Shown here piece by piece: positions 23,084-34,839 of a stretch of DNA of 64,000 nt. Positions within the stretch are counted from its first letter, which is position 1; every line of letters begins with the position of its first letter. The stretch comes from a virus. Taxonomy: Duplodnaviria; Caudoviricetes. A program made the translations under genes and the position numbers. The notes under the pieces are model-generated. The model was not told the DNA's origin. It worked only from the letters and a program-made list of their open reading frames with translations, and made no database searches. The stretch is from positions 1-64,000 of the IMG/VR virus record IMGVR_UViG_3300028797_002668; one strand, written 5' to 3'.

Positions 23084-26000
23084 CTATTCCCCAGTATCGT
23101 GGTCAGGAAGACCATATACAAGGCCAAAAACGTTATTTCCACCAGTCTGAATTACGCCGCTCGGCGGCATCCCTTGTTCGACCTCGTCGGGTGTAGACTG
23201 GTAAAGAATATAGTTGAACGCACGGTCGGTCGATGGGTCGTTTATCGACGGCAAATGATATATAACTCGTCCAGACTTCGGGAAGTCGAACATACTGTAC
23301 AACGTCGGGTCTGATTCCAAGCCACCAGATCGATAATTAGGCTGGGATGGGTTATATGTGTCCGGGTCTTCATATTTAGGCACATCGGTACCAGACAATA
23401 TGCTGGTCGCCGGACGGACATACTCACGAACAGACCAAAAGTTGGCGTGGACGCCACCGTTGGTCTCGCTCTTGTACTCGCCGTTAACATTGGCCGGCGG
23501 ATACAAGTCTATGCCGCCGCCATCATACGGTTTCCACGGCATCTCAAGTTTCGCCATAGTAGGCTTATTCTCAGCAATTACATCCTTATTGTTGGCAAGA
23601 GACGCCTTCAGCTTGCCGTTCGCATCATACGGCCATTCGTCAAATAGATATGGAACACAACCGAGAGTTACGTCCATCGGAGGGTACGAGCTGTAAGGAG
23701 AATACATGACATTTCGATACGAGTTGAAACCTGTACAAGCCGAATTTCTCCAAAGGCGAGACGACATGGGTTCCGAGTCAAATATCGACGATTCCTTTCT
23801 AACAAGCGCGTCGTTTCCATATAACGGTGTAAGATAGCTACATGGGTACTGCCTATATTCAGTAGTGTACCATCGGCCAGCTCTTTGCGAAAACGTGAAC
23901 TGCATCCTAACACGAGTATAAGTCGTTCCGTTCGTATATTCCGGAGCCACCTTGTACGGAGGTACGGTGGCCGACAGCGAATACGCATGATGTGAATCCA
24001 GTGTCACGTCTACCGAGTCGGCATTCGGGTTTCTGGACGAACTCAATACCGACGCGAAATTGTCGTCGATGTAATGCGTAATGAACTTTGCCATCGATTC
24101 AGCATCGCAACCATCCGCTTCCATACGTTTCCGTACACGGTATATGTCGTTGATATATATTGCGGATTCAGCATCAGGCAGTGTGCCATTATAAAGCTCT
24201 ATACGGCGGCCTTTATAGAAATGAATTGGCATTTCAGCACCGCAACTCACCACGTATTTCTCGATGAAACTGGCAAGCGCCTTAGAACGCGGCAATGCAT
24301 CCCCAGATAAGTAAGGCATGCACGACGAAACAGTGTCCACCGGGTCATTTACGTCGCCCATCATATAACGGTAAGTCTGAACCGCGTCAAACGCGACCCA
24401 CTGTTTCTGTGCGGCTGATAGAGAGGGCAAAGTAGACACCGATAGAGACGGTGCGCCGTCCTTGTAAGATATACCGGTAAATGGGTCTAGCCAGTCTGGC
24501 AAATCAGGGTTCGTCAAATTGGCGTCATTTACATCAATCACTATTCTTAAACCGACATCTGCATAACGACGCATGTCGTTCAACGTATGCGTATCTCCAC
24601 TCAAGATTCCGCAAGTCCCTAAAATAGACTTAATTACGCTGTTATCCGAAAACACTCGGCCATCTCTAGGATATCCTTTCATGTCGCACGCATTTTCAGT
24701 ATATGCAGCCGAAGAAGCCAAAGGATGTCTATCATAAGTTTCATACGGACTAGTGTTGTAATAGTGGAAGAACTCTGAACCGTGGCCGTTACCGTCACCT
24801 TCCTCGGTGAACAGCACGCTATCAGAACTAGACGGTGAAAATTCGCTATTAGGTTCATATCGGTCAGAATTAACCACATATTCAGGAAGTGAGCGAAGAG
24901 TGCAGTGAGATATGTTCGACCGTATGCTGTCCGAGGAATCAACTCCGTAATCTATGTCGGCAGAGTTAAATATATTTGAATTTGCTGACGGCCATTCGGT
25001 GCGTTCACGGATGCTGATATATTTCGTCGTGACTTCTGCATTGTTATACCCAGACTTGACCAAGAGGCGCATGTTGTACAAATCGTTAGTAAAGTTACGC
25101 ATGGCATTGGCAGCTTGTCGTACCGGGTTTCCGTACGGCAATGTAACCGGGGACATTTCGTGCAAGTCTTCAGCCAGTCCAACACGGAGGACGGACGCCA
25201 AGTTAATCCACGTAGCGTCGGTTCCGTATGTAACCGGAGAATGCGAGGCATCAAGATTGTATTGACCGTCAGAAGTACGACTAACTAAAGCGAATCGCAT
25301 ATCATCTAGCATGCTTTGGTTAGCCAAGTACACCTTCTTTATAATTCCGTCACACGCTGTAATATCAGTCCATACACGGTCAAGACGCTGGAGCTTTCTG
25401 CGATTATTCATACGCCAAGGAAACGTATTTGTCGCGGTCTGGTACACTGACGCCAAGAAATAACGACGGTCGACATGCGGAAACAAACGATGTCCAGCCT
25501 TATCGTCTAATGAGTAAAATGTATTGTACTGGTCAAACTCGTCAGTTACTCCGGAACCGCGATCTCCGCTGAACATCGAACTATCACGCACTAGTCCCAT
25601 CCGTGTCGTACTTGGGTTGTCGTCTTCCTTTAGATACGCGATGCCGCAAATAGTGAACTTTACCCCGTCTCTATGATAATTGCGGTCAGACGGAATCTTA
25701 CCTTCACATGTAATCGTCGTTCCACTTACACTAGTCGAGGTGATAGTGCCAAATACTGTAAAACTTGGTAAAGAATAACCATCTATACTTGCCGTTACAT
25801 TGGCACGAACTTCTGTGCCTACTGGTAATGATGTTCCGTTTATATCACACGCTTGTCTATTCGTAGAAATTGTAAACGTGTCGACATCTACCGTATCAAT
25901 GTTATCAACTGGTAGTTTCTTGTTACTGAATTGTTGACGACCACCCATCACATATACACGAGGCTGAGACATTGCAGCATAATATGCACTAATGTCTTTT

Positions 26001-27496
26001 TCGTTCACGAATGGTCCAATATTATCTTCTGGTTGGTTCTGTATAGAAACTGTTATTTCATATGTCTCGCCATCCTCTGTATCAAGTGACGCAGGGAGAT
26101 TGATAAAGAACGGCTTAACTTCGTAGCCACCATCTGGATCACGAACGTACTTCTGGTTAAGAACAAAATGGTGCTTGTTGTAAAAACGGTGAGCCACGAC
26201 CTGTGATGGGTCTTCCTCATTGAGTACATCCGTAGACAGATTGCCAACAGGTTCCGACTGGCCATTTATGAAAACACCATTTTTTACTAATGTCACTACG
26301 CTGACGTCATCGACCGAATTAAACGACCCATCAGCATTTGTAAACGGCCAGTCACGCGGTAACGCTGGAGCATTATTTGTTGCCTTTTCGTTCCTCGTTG
26401 TTCCGTATGACCACGTTAGCCACGGATTCCATGTAGGCAAATTATCACGGGCATCCTCTGTTTTTACGTCATATTTTGTTGGGCATTGTCCGACAAAGAA
26501 AGAACCTAATCCAAAACCGTTCACGTACACTGGAAACTCTTTCCCAGTTCCTATATCGACTTGTCCGCTAGAAACCAGCCAGTTCACTAGTGCTCCTTGG
26601 CAACTAACGACATCAGAGCAAAGGCCGAAACTCGCGGTTGCTCCTACCTTTTCATACACATAGTTATGGATTTCATCGTGCGAATAAGTCTTACGAAAAT
26701 GGGGACCACAACACGTGCCTACATTGTCCATCGTCTTTCCGTCGGCAAGAAGCATTTCTCTATCGGTATCCGAGATTTCTTCTCCGTTAACGGAAGCACA
26801 TATATAAGATATCGTACCGTGGTCAATTTCATAAACACCGTTCGTATATATAGCATCATCACGCTGGTTAGTGAGACATACAAATAAATTGTCAGCGTTC
26901 TGATTCACTTCAATCTTTACAGCAAACTTGCCATTATCAATACTACTCGATAAGTCGAAATCATTAGATGCGCCTATATTGTTGGCGACCCACACGTTAT
27001 TACCGACGCCCGGATGGAACACGTTATTAGTAATAAGTTGCGTAGTAGTCAACGGGTCGGATGAAACAGCACTTTTGACCAGACACATAGAAATCTTATT
27101 TGATACGCTGGAGACATTATCAAATAGTTCAACGGTAAGGACATCTGGATTACTATCCTTGACATAGGTAAGTTTCTTGACTGGCATAAACAGTACAACA
27201 TTGTTACCGTCATTATACAAGTCTACTGGCGTCGTCAATATAACTAAATTACTACCGGTCATTGTTCCCAACGACGAATGGAAAGTATTGAACTCAACAT
27301 TGACTTTCGGAGGCATTTCGCAATCCTCGAAATCGTCGGCACAACCGCATGAACCGTCATTAGCAACACCGCTCTCGTTAGCCACCGGGAAACCCAATGC
27401 ACCTATCGTAACATCGCCATTTGGGAAGAATACTCTCTCACGGTCAGGCCAAGTCACGTAATTGTGTATCTTATCAAATTCTGAAATTTCGGACAT
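23084..27496 (-). CDS. large putative tail/baseplate structural protein (1470 aa)
   Basis: Late promoter at 27521-27528; tail module context; C-terminal FTFSQRAGRWYTTEYRQYP resembles FIYSEAESRWKTYDYYQFP of the adjacent gene. Confidence 0.6.
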   Translation of the reverse strand: MSEISEFDKIHNYVTWPDRERVFFPNGDVTIGALGFPVANESGVANDGSCGCADDFEDCEMPPKVNVEFNTFHSSLGTMTGSNLVILTTPVDLYNDGNNVVLFMPVKKLTYVKDSNPDVLTVELFDNVSSVSNKISMCLVKSAVSSDPLTTTQLITNNVFHPGVGNNVWVANNIGASNDFDLSSSIDNGKFAVKIEVNQNADNLFVCLTNQRDDAIYTNGVYEIDHGTISYICASVNGEEISDTDREMLLADGKTMDNVGTCCGPHFRKTYSHDEIHNYVYEKVGATASFGLCSDVVSCQGALVNWLVSSGQVDIGTGKEFPVYVNGFGLGSFFVGQCPTKYDVKTEDARDNLPTWNPWLTWSYGTTRNEKATNNAPALPRDWPFTNADGSFNSVDDVSVVTLVKNGVFINGQSEPVGNLSTDVLNEEDPSQVVAHRFYNKHHFVLNQKYVRDPDGGYEVKPFFINLPASLDTEDGETYEITVSIQNQPEDNIGPFVNEKDISAYYAAMSQPRVYVMGGRQQFSNKKLPVDNIDTVDVDTFTISTNRQACDINGTSLPVGTEVRANVTASIDGYSLPSFTVFGTITSTSVSGTTITCEGKIPSDRNYHRDGVKFTICGIAYLKEDDNPSTTRMGLVRDSSMFSGDRGSGVTDEFDQYNTFYSLDDKAGHRLFPHVDRRYFLASVYQTATNTFPWRMNNRRKLQRLDRVWTDITACDGIIKKVYLANQSMLDDMRFALVSRTSDGQYNLDASHSPVTYGTDATWINLASVLRVGLAEDLHEMSPVTLPYGNPVRQAANAMRNFTNDLYNMRLLVKSGYNNAEVTTKYISIRERTEWPSANSNIFNSADIDYGVDSSDSIRSNISHCTLRSLPEYVVNSDRYEPNSEFSPSSSDSVLFTEEGDGNGHGSEFFHYYNTSPYETYDRHPLASSAAYTENACDMKGYPRDGRVFSDNSVIKSILGTCGILSGDTHTLNDMRRYADVGLRIVIDVNDANLTNPDLPDWLDPFTGISYKDGAPSLSVSTLPSLSAAQKQWVAFDAVQTYRYMMGDVNDPVDTVSSCMPYLSGDALPRSKALASFIEKYVVSCGAEMPIHFYKGRRIELYNGTLPDAESAIYINDIYRVRKRMEADGCDAESMAKFITHYIDDNFASVLSSSRNPNADSVDVTLDSHHAYSLSATVPPYKVAPEYTNGTTYTRVRMQFTFSQRAGRWYTTEYRQYPCSYLTPLYGNDALVRKESSIFDSEPMSSRLWRNSACTGFNSYRNVMYSPYSSYPPMDVTLGCVPYLFDEWPYDANGKLKASLANNKDVIAENKPTMAKLEMPWKPYDGGGIDLYPPANVNGEYKSETNGGVHANFWSVREYVRPATSILSGTDVPKYEDPDTYNPSQPNYRSGGLESDPTLYSMFDFPKSGRVIYHLPSINDPSTDRAFNYILYQSTPDEVEQGMPPSGVIQTGGNNVFGLVYGLPDHDTGE

Positions 27497-27587
27497 TTAT
27501 TACTTCCAGTAGCTATTCGCAGTTTATATACTTTCCTGGTATAAAAAAACCGGTCCGATTGCTCGGACCGGCATAGGAACAACAAAA

Positions 27588-29453
27588 TTATTGGTTTCTG
27601 GGATCTTCTTGAATTTGGTTCCGATAACGGTCAGATACATGAATCGGAGTCAAATTGTAATCCGAGAACGGATTCTGGAATAGTGGGAATCCAGCCGACT
27701 GCACTTCGTAAGCTTCCTTAGACATTGGGTCGACAAAACCAAACGGAGATAGCAATATGTGGTCCGGGAATTGGTAATAGTCATATGTTTTCCAACGAGA
27801 CTCGGCCTCGGAATAGATGAATGATGCTTTGTAAACGACCGGACGGTCTGGAACACCCACATTCTCGTCATGAACATAAAAATTAGTGAGACGAGCCATA
27901 CTGAACTTTGCTATGGGAGTAACGGTTGAAATCCCAATACCTTGAGTCTTGTAATCCGACCAGTTTTTTACGTTGTAAACATAAACTTGCGACTTATTAA
28001 TAATTAAGTCATTATACTCGCGACTGTCATAATCATGGTTAGGCCATATATTAAGCACAAATTCAAACATCATACCATCAGACGGTTTCTTAACCACAGT
28101 GGCACCATTCTCATCAACATCAACTTCGCAAGGAAGCATTATGCATAGACCTTGATCAAGGTCCGGACCGTCATAATTAATGATATTGCGTTTTTTCACG
28201 TTCGGGTCGGCATGATTGAATACCATCACGGCTGAATACTGTTGCAAAGAGTATGCGTTCTTTTCAGCCTCGGTCTTGTACGATGCACCCTTAACCCATT
28301 TAGACGTAGGCATAGGCCACTCAGCATAATTAGACGTACAGAAAACGTCAAGCCCTGAATGTTCTGGCGTAACACCACCATCCAGCTTGATTGAGCCTAT
28401 CATGTTGATTTCCGTCTTATCATCAGACACGCTGTCTGAATTATTTTTCAGAACGAAACCGTTCACGTCGGTCTCCAAGACAAGGCGAATAGAACCACTA
28501 CCTTCTATCGAAAACTTTGTAGGAAGCAAAAGTACCGACTTCCAGTAGTTGGTATTGTACTTACGAATTACAACTTGACTACCCGAACGTTCGACTGTAT
28601 CTTCCTCGTATGGACGGATGTCAATCGAAACATCATTCACATATACAAAGAACTCACCGCCATAATACACATAATCACCATAGGAATATTTCTTATCACC
28701 GTAATGATATACACCACAATACGGCTCGTAACCGCTAACTAGCTTGGTGATGCTTTTCGAGTGGTCAACTTCGCCAGCACTATTTGACTTAATGTAAACC
28801 GTATTCTCAAACAAAATGAGCATGTCGTCTTGGTGGGCGTTTGGAACGACACCATTTGCGTTATTCAAAACATACACAACGTCCTTAATTTTTGACGAGG
28901 TAATCGAATCACCTGCAGCTACGTTTTCTTTAACTATACAAAGCTTGATGTTTCCTTTACCAGACGATTCATAAGAATACCGTATAAGATTTCCTTCCAC
29001 TAGACTGTTGCTAAACACAGTTTGTTCACCTATTTGGTAATAACCAAAATATGTAGGCTCGTCGGTCTTCGCGATTTCGTCATACAAAGTTGCATCTTTG
29101 TACATAAGCCACGAACCTACCCCACCGTTATCAACTACGTTGATCCGAAGCACTACACTATCGCCAACTACGGCGGCCATCTTACCACGGCTATTGTAGG
29201 CAAACTTGTCCGGATTTAGACCCTTCTCTGAAATGGTCACCCCGGAATTCTTTTGGTAATAGTATCTCGTGTGCAAGTTGATATCACGGAACCACGGTTT
29301 CGACGTTGTTGCCAGACGTATAGTTACGATATCGTCCTTACTGTTGTTCCAGTCAACTAGTCCGTTAAGTATTGACTCGTAATTAATTTGAGACTTAGCT
29401 ATGTCGCTAGTCAAATGTTCAAGCGGATTGATATCAAGTACATTCGTAGCCAT
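27588..29453 (-). CDS. putative tail/baseplate structural protein
   Basis: Tail module context; shares a C-terminal motif with 23084-27496. Confidence 0.6.
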   Translation of the reverse strand: MATNVLDINPLEHLTSDIAKSQINYESILNGLVDWNNSKDDIVTIRLATTSKPWFRDINLHTRYYYQKNSGVTISEKGLNPDKFAYNSRGKMAAVVGDSVVLRINVVDNGGVGSWLMYKDATLYDEIAKTDEPTYFGYYQIGEQTVFSNSLVEGNLIRYSYESSGKGNIKLCIVKENVAAGDSITSSKIKDVVYVLNNANGVVPNAHQDDMLILFENTVYIKSNSAGEVDHSKSITKLVSGYEPYCGVYHYGDKKYSYGDYVYYGGEFFVYVNDVSIDIRPYEEDTVERSGSQVVIRKYNTNYWKSVLLLPTKFSIEGSGSIRLVLETDVNGFVLKNNSDSVSDDKTEINMIGSIKLDGGVTPEHSGLDVFCTSNYAEWPMPTSKWVKGASYKTEAEKNAYSLQQYSAVMVFNHADPNVKKRNIINYDGPDLDQGLCIMLPCEVDVDENGATVVKKPSDGMMFEFVLNIWPNHDYDSREYNDLIINKSQVYVYNVKNWSDYKTQGIGISTVTPIAKFSMARLTNFYVHDENVGVPDRPVVYKASFIYSEAESRWKTYDYYQFPDHILLSPFGFVDPMSKEAYEVQSAGFPLFQNPFSDYNLTPIHVSDRYRNQIQEDPRNQ

Positions 29454-29468
29454 ATATCACCTTCAAAC

Positions 29469-32400
29469 TTAAGTCATTGAAATCACCTTCCACGGAAGTA
29501 TAGCAAGATTAGCCACAGCGACCGTAGTGTGCTCAGCGTTATTATCAAAATTGACGCTCGCATGTCCGACAACGAGCTTCATACTTGTTACATAACCAGG
29601 ATGATGTGCACCGCCATTTTCAGTGACACTCCATACCTCGAACACTGTGCTGGATTTACGCAATATCCTAATGGTGAAATCAGTCAAATCCTGCGAAGAT
29701 GTAGAAGTTGCGTTAAGTATAACACACTTGCCATTCACCACACTATTGCTATCCAAGACAGTAAGTAAACCCTCGCCGCACGAACCGCCATTCTGAACCC
29801 ATGCCATCGCAAGCATCGCGCCAGCAGTTGAATATACATCTGATTCAAATACGATATCGCCAATATGCAAGTAATACGTACCAGTGCTCGGAAGCGTCTT
29901 AACAACACCCTTATACTGGTTATCGACATCCGACAGATAAGCAAGTTCTTGAGCCAAGAACCCACTAGAAATTTCTGGAGACATGTTCGGATCATCCAAA
30001 TAGTTGACCGTCTGTACTTGCAGTCTAGGATGCGGCAACGTATTCTTCACATGTTCGTTAATTCCGCAACTGACTTCACCAGGTAGAATCAACTGTGCGG
30101 TAGACCAAAGGTTACCATTTGCCAACGCATTTCTAGAAATGTAATGCGTGCTTGAAATAACATGGTATGCATTGCTATATTCTGGATAACTTTCCGAAAC
30201 GACAGACGAACTAATAGCACTGTCCTTATTCAAGAAATAATGACCCGGATACTTGATGTACGAAATATCTTGCTTGTTTGAGACCGTACCAAGCTGGAAG
30301 TCCATCAATCCACGACGGTCAGATGTATCCGCCGTCAATGCGCCCAAAGACACGCCATGAAGTGTTAATACACCATATTCGCAGTTGATATAGCTTGACG
30401 AATGAAGTTCGACACCGTTAGTGCCATGTATACCGACATTGTCCCATGCCCATAAAGTGATTGACCTGTCGTTACCTCCACGCTGGACGCGATTAGAGTA
30501 ATATACCATCCAATCATTATCGACCGTATGCTCATCATGCGAGTCTTCGTCAAACCCGTCAGTATGGATGCCAACGGCACCTTCACTAGACATTGCTTCA
30601 AGTAAAACCTTATTATTATTCGGATTAGCCGTAGTTGACATCGGTCGAGCAACTACACAACTGTTTCCAATACCCAGCACAGTAAGCTTATGAGACACAC
30701 GGAGCACAGCTCTGGTATCGTCCAAGCTCTCGCTATCTAAGTCGTATGCATAGACGCCAGCATACTTTTCAATACCAGCACGAAGATAATCTTCGTCAAA
30801 CTTACGATTCGCAAGATAACTTGCATCGCCATGTACATACGAACTGGCTGTAGAATAGTCGGATATGCCAAATGTAATATACTTGCTTCCCGTTTGCATG
30901 TAAGTATAATTTTCAGCAACGACCATAGCATTGTTGCGACGAGTGATTGAATTGCTAATATACTGACTGCTACCGTTTCCAACAATAAACAACGGATTCA
31001 GCAGTTCATTATTTGACTGTCCTACTACAGTTTGATTCAATCCACCAGCAATATTGTTAAAACCAAAGGCCGATGAACCATACGAGCCACGGTTATCATA
31101 GTACATCAAACTATTATTTCCATCGCATACTGGAACATGGTACGATATAACACGAGATACATAACCATTTATAACTTCACCCGAAATACCAGGGAACTTA
31201 TTTACACCGCCATTAAACGACACTACAAGACCATAAGGCCGCATTTCAAGTGCCGTAACGGTCTTATCTATGTAAATACCCATGTTAACCGGAATATTGT
31301 CAGAATGATATACAACTGGTCGATAAATTCTTAAGGTGTCACCTACCTTAAAATCGGCATATCCAGTTGGTGCATCCTCATATCCAGACGAAATCCTAGT
31401 CGGCAACACACCAAAACCAGAATAAACCAATTCAGCATTAGATATGACAATCTGGTTCGGTCCAATCGTACCACTAGCATCAGATCCAGTGCCACTTTGT
31501 TGCAAATTGTAAATACAGCCGTCCTCAGTTTCCAATGTATCAGCGCATTGAGTATTGACATTTGTGTTCGGTGCATCTACGTAACGTTGGAAATAGAAAG
31601 AATACCCACCTACACGGTTACTTTCATTGGCGGCAAAACCGTCTTGCCCTGCAACCGTGTTATTTTCTCCACCACCCACGGCGCCTTGTTCAGCTACGAC
31701 CGTATTCTTCTTGCCACCAAGAATGCCACCATTGGTAGTATAAGCAAAATTCTCTGTACCACCAAGAGCTACAGCATTCTTTCCATACACTTGGTTATAC
31801 AGACCATAACTAAATGAATTCGGTCCGTACGCATAGGAATCAGTACCACCAGCAAGTGACCTAAGTGTCTCAATGTACTGATAATTTGCTTCACGTATAT
31901 TGGCAACTTCAGTATTCTGTACACCAAGCACTGTACGGTTCGCACACACAGTAGCCTTGTCATCTACGTCAAAAAACCATTCACGGCCACCAGCAACATG
32001 CGATGCATTATCTCCACTATAACCCAAGGTATCTACTGTATAGTAAGAACGTGGGAATAAATAAGTCTCAAACTGGTCGAAATGTTTGGTCGAAAGGTTT
32101 TCGTCATATATCGGCGTACGGATATTAATAGGTATCGGGGCCGTATTTGTGAACAGTTTCGGATTTACATTTTGCTTTACCTTATCAAGCCAGTAAGTAT
32201 TATCCGTAACGCTCGAATCTGCCGTCGTCATCGTCATAATCTTTGCGTGCTGAACAATAGCGTAAGTAACTGGATTGTCGACCATTCCTTGGCCGTCGGC
32301 GTACTGCGCGTCCAGCTTTTCGCGGATAGTATCAAACTGATCCTTGTCGAAACGGGTGTACTCCCACTCGGTATAGAAAGAACTCAAAAGGAAGATATCA

Positions 32401-32558
32401 GTCCTCGTCATCGTTACTTCCACACCAGCACGTTCCACAGTCCAGCCAGTGCTGGAACCGGCTGCCATTACAGAACGGATCAGTGCGTTGAGGACACTTC
32501 GAGAGTTATAGGTCAGCGCATCCAGCTGCTTAGTAAGCTCGTGTAGATTCGTAGACAT
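29469..32558 (-). CDS. tail fibre/spike with YadA-like beta-roll repeats
   Basis: AVALGGTENFA / GILGGKKNTV / AVGGGENNTV repeats and LFIVGNG; late promoter at 32586-32593. Confidence 0.7.
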   Translation of the reverse strand: MSTNLHELTKQLDALTYNSRSVLNALIRSVMAAGSSTGWTVERAGVEVTMTRTDIFLLSSFYTEWEYTRFDKDQFDTIREKLDAQYADGQGMVDNPVTYAIVQHAKIMTMTTADSSVTDNTYWLDKVKQNVNPKLFTNTAPIPINIRTPIYDENLSTKHFDQFETYLFPRSYYTVDTLGYSGDNASHVAGGREWFFDVDDKATVCANRTVLGVQNTEVANIREANYQYIETLRSLAGGTDSYAYGPNSFSYGLYNQVYGKNAVALGGTENFAYTTNGGILGGKKNTVVAEQGAVGGGENNTVAGQDGFAANESNRVGGYSFYFQRYVDAPNTNVNTQCADTLETEDGCIYNLQQSGTGSDASGTIGPNQIVISNAELVYSGFGVLPTRISSGYEDAPTGYADFKVGDTLRIYRPVVYHSDNIPVNMGIYIDKTVTALEMRPYGLVVSFNGGVNKFPGISGEVINGYVSRVISYHVPVCDGNNSLMYYDNRGSYGSSAFGFNNIAGGLNQTVVGQSNNELLNPLFIVGNGSSQYISNSITRRNNAMVVAENYTYMQTGSKYITFGISDYSTASSYVHGDASYLANRKFDEDYLRAGIEKYAGVYAYDLDSESLDDTRAVLRVSHKLTVLGIGNSCVVARPMSTTANPNNNKVLLEAMSSEGAVGIHTDGFDEDSHDEHTVDNDWMVYYSNRVQRGGNDRSITLWAWDNVGIHGTNGVELHSSSYINCEYGVLTLHGVSLGALTADTSDRRGLMDFQLGTVSNKQDISYIKYPGHYFLNKDSAISSSVVSESYPEYSNAYHVISSTHYISRNALANGNLWSTAQLILPGEVSCGINEHVKNTLPHPRLQVQTVNYLDDPNMSPEISSGFLAQELAYLSDVDNQYKGVVKTLPSTGTYYLHIGDIVFESDVYSTAGAMLAMAWVQNGGSCGEGLLTVLDSNSVVNGKCVILNATSTSSQDLTDFTIRILRKSSTVFEVWSVTENGGAHHPGYVTSMKLVVGHASVNFDNNAEHTTVAVANLAILPWKVISMT

Positions 32559-32639
32559 ATTCGTTGTTCCAATACATTTGCTCGTAGTTTATATGTTTCT
32601 AAGTGCTAGAAAAGCCAGTCTTTCGGACTGGCTGGGTAT

Positions 32640-33773
32640 TTAGTTGGAATATTCGTACATTGGTGAGCCAAAACCGCCCATCATCTGCGATCCTATACCC
32701 GCCGCCGAGTAATCTCGGCCTTTCTGGTACATCTCGACCCTTTCCGGCATCATCGGCTGCATATTCGAGAACTCGGCCTTCTTCATAGCGTCGTTGTACA
32801 TCTCAATATGTCGGTGCCGGTCATAGATTTCCGGGTTAATCCACATATGGGACGGTCTGATGACCTTGTTAATTTTGAGCAGCTGGTCTAGGCACTTCGC
32901 GGCCATCTTGAAGTTCCCGACGGCGTACTGGTACTTCGCACGGTAGTAGAACCCCTCCGGACGCGTAGGAAGCTCCTCGATCATCTGCATAGAGCGATTT
33001 CCCATCGTAACCAAGTCATTCTGCTTCAGAGAGATGTCGCACAATGCTTCCATCGACTTGGCACGTTCCTCATTCAGCATAGACGGAAACTCGTCGACGG
33101 TTACCTCGTACCAAGCCTTAGCAGTCTCGAAATCGTTAATATCCCTAGCTGAGTTTCCCAGATAGAAGGCGGAACGCTGGGTGTGTTGCAACTTCCAATC
33201 CTTTAGCAAGGTCTTCACGTTTCTAGAAACGTCTCGATATTTCTTGAAGTTGTCAATCATAAATCTGGTAGTTACGACTTGACCATCCTTCGAAGTATTT
33301 ATCATGTACTCGTGAATCCTACCCTCAAAATGTGCAAACTCCTTTGGAGCGATTCGTACACGTGGAAAAGCGAACGACTTGTCCACACGAGTCAATAAGG
33401 TAATACTGGCATGAGGAATTCGATTGACAATCTTATCAAACGCTTCACGTACCTTGGCCGCGTTCACGACGATATCGTTCACATCAACCCACATCACGTA
33501 TGGACAAGTTGCAATCTTGATAGCATAGTTCTTGGCTCCACCAAAGTCGAATATACCGTCGTCGTCATGAAATAAATTTCCAACAGATTCGATTATCACC
33601 TTTGACGATTTATGGCGATTCTTCCAATCGTTAACCAATTCTAAAGTACCGTCAGTAGAACCAGTATCCACAATAACATATTCATTTACCAGCGGGAGTA
33701 GCGCGTCCAAGCAACGAACAACGCTGGCCTTTCCATTACGTACTACTAGGCATCCACTTAATCCACTGGCCAT
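32640..33773 (-). CDS. GT2 glycosyltransferase with TPR region
   Basis: LSGCLVVRNG...VIVDTGSTDGT...DFGGAKN...FEGRIHE; helical repeats at the C-terminus. Confidence 0.85.
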   Translation of the reverse strand: MASGLSGCLVVRNGKASVVRCLDALLPLVNEYVIVDTGSTDGTLELVNDWKNRHKSSKVIIESVGNLFHDDDGIFDFGGAKNYAIKIATCPYVMWVDVNDIVVNAAKVREAFDKIVNRIPHASITLLTRVDKSFAFPRVRIAPKEFAHFEGRIHEYMINTSKDGQVVTTRFMIDNFKKYRDVSRNVKTLLKDWKLQHTQRSAFYLGNSARDINDFETAKAWYEVTVDEFPSMLNEERAKSMEALCDISLKQNDLVTMGNRSMQMIEELPTRPEGFYYRAKYQYAVGNFKMAAKCLDQLLKINKVIRPSHMWINPEIYDRHRHIEMYNDAMKKAEFSNMQPMMPERVEMYQKGRDYSAAGIGSQMMGGFGSPMYEYSN

Positions 33774-33775
33774 AT

Positions 33776-34828
33776 CTACACCTCGCCACTTCCAACCATC
33801 GGTTCAAGCGCGTTATAAATATTCCACATGTTTTTGTTGACCTCTGGCTTGATTCCTGGAACATCGTCTATCGTCACCTTTCGCAGCTCGATAGATACGT
33901 TTTCCTTGAAATACTCGGCGCGTTCTTTCCTCATAGCGGACTCGGCTTCTATTGCATCCTTGTATTCTTCGGCCAATTGCTGCAACTCGTCCCTTACTGG
34001 ATTATACTTTTCAGGATTATTCTTGCACAAATCGTTAAGCTGGATTTCATCTTGAATGTCATGTTTCCGCAATACATCATTCTTACGGTAATCATATTCG
34101 AGATATTTAGAATCTACCGGGTAAGCCTCCACAGTCGCTTGCCATTCAGGAACAGTCTTCAGAATGTTTAAACGCACCGCCTCGTAAAACTTGAACGTTA
34201 CAGTATCATCGAATAGCATTTCGGCTTGCTGCAAGATGCCATCGAGTTGCATAATCCTACCGCGTTCGACCGATATTAAAGGTGCATCATTTGAAAACAC
34301 AACCATAGGTTCCAATGCCTTATACACGACCCACGAATTTACGCCGGCATTCACATTTGGCACTAATTCGCTGGATATAGTTAACAAGTCGATATCAACG
34401 TCCTCGTTGAAGAATTCCTTACGTTGCTCGTTAACCGGGGCTTCCTTTTCAATGGTTTCCTTGTATTCCTCATGAAGTTTACGCAACCGCTCTTGTATAG
34501 CAGCGACTTTTTCCGGATCAGATTCCATAAGAGTCTGGTACATGCGGTCATTTATTATATTCTCATTAAAGAAAACTTCAGCTCGTTTTTTCTCGTACTC
34601 AAAATACTTAGGATCGACCGGATAAGCCTCGAAACAAAGCTTCCGCTCTTCGTCAGTCTTTATTCGGTTTCTAGACACCGCATAATAGAATTTTCCGGTT
34701 ATACGACCAGCGAAAAGCTGTTCGGCTTGTTGCAAAACATCATTAAGTTCAAGAAGTGTCTTACGCTTTATAATCATGTGTTTCGTGTTGCCATTTAACT
34801 GGCATATCGCGCCTCTGTTGTTCCTCAT
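33776..34828 (-). CDS. hypothetical protein made of two tandem homologous domains
   Basis: LQQAExLF...KFYxAV...AYPVDxKY...YxALEPMV occurs twice. Confidence 0.7.
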   Translation of the reverse strand: MRNNRGAICQLNGNTKHMIIKRKTLLELNDVLQQAEQLFAGRITGKFYYAVSRNRIKTDEERKLCFEAYPVDPKYFEYEKKRAEVFFNENIINDRMYQTLMESDPEKVAAIQERLRKLHEEYKETIEKEAPVNEQRKEFFNEDVDIDLLTISSELVPNVNAGVNSWVVYKALEPMVVFSNDAPLISVERGRIMQLDGILQQAEMLFDDTVTFKFYEAVRLNILKTVPEWQATVEAYPVDSKYLEYDYRKNDVLRKHDIQDEIQLNDLCKNNPEKYNPVRDELQQLAEEYKDAIEAESAMRKERAEYFKENVSIELRKVTIDDVPGIKPEVNKNMWNIYNALEPMVGSGEV

Positions 34829-34839
34829 GCTAAATTAGT

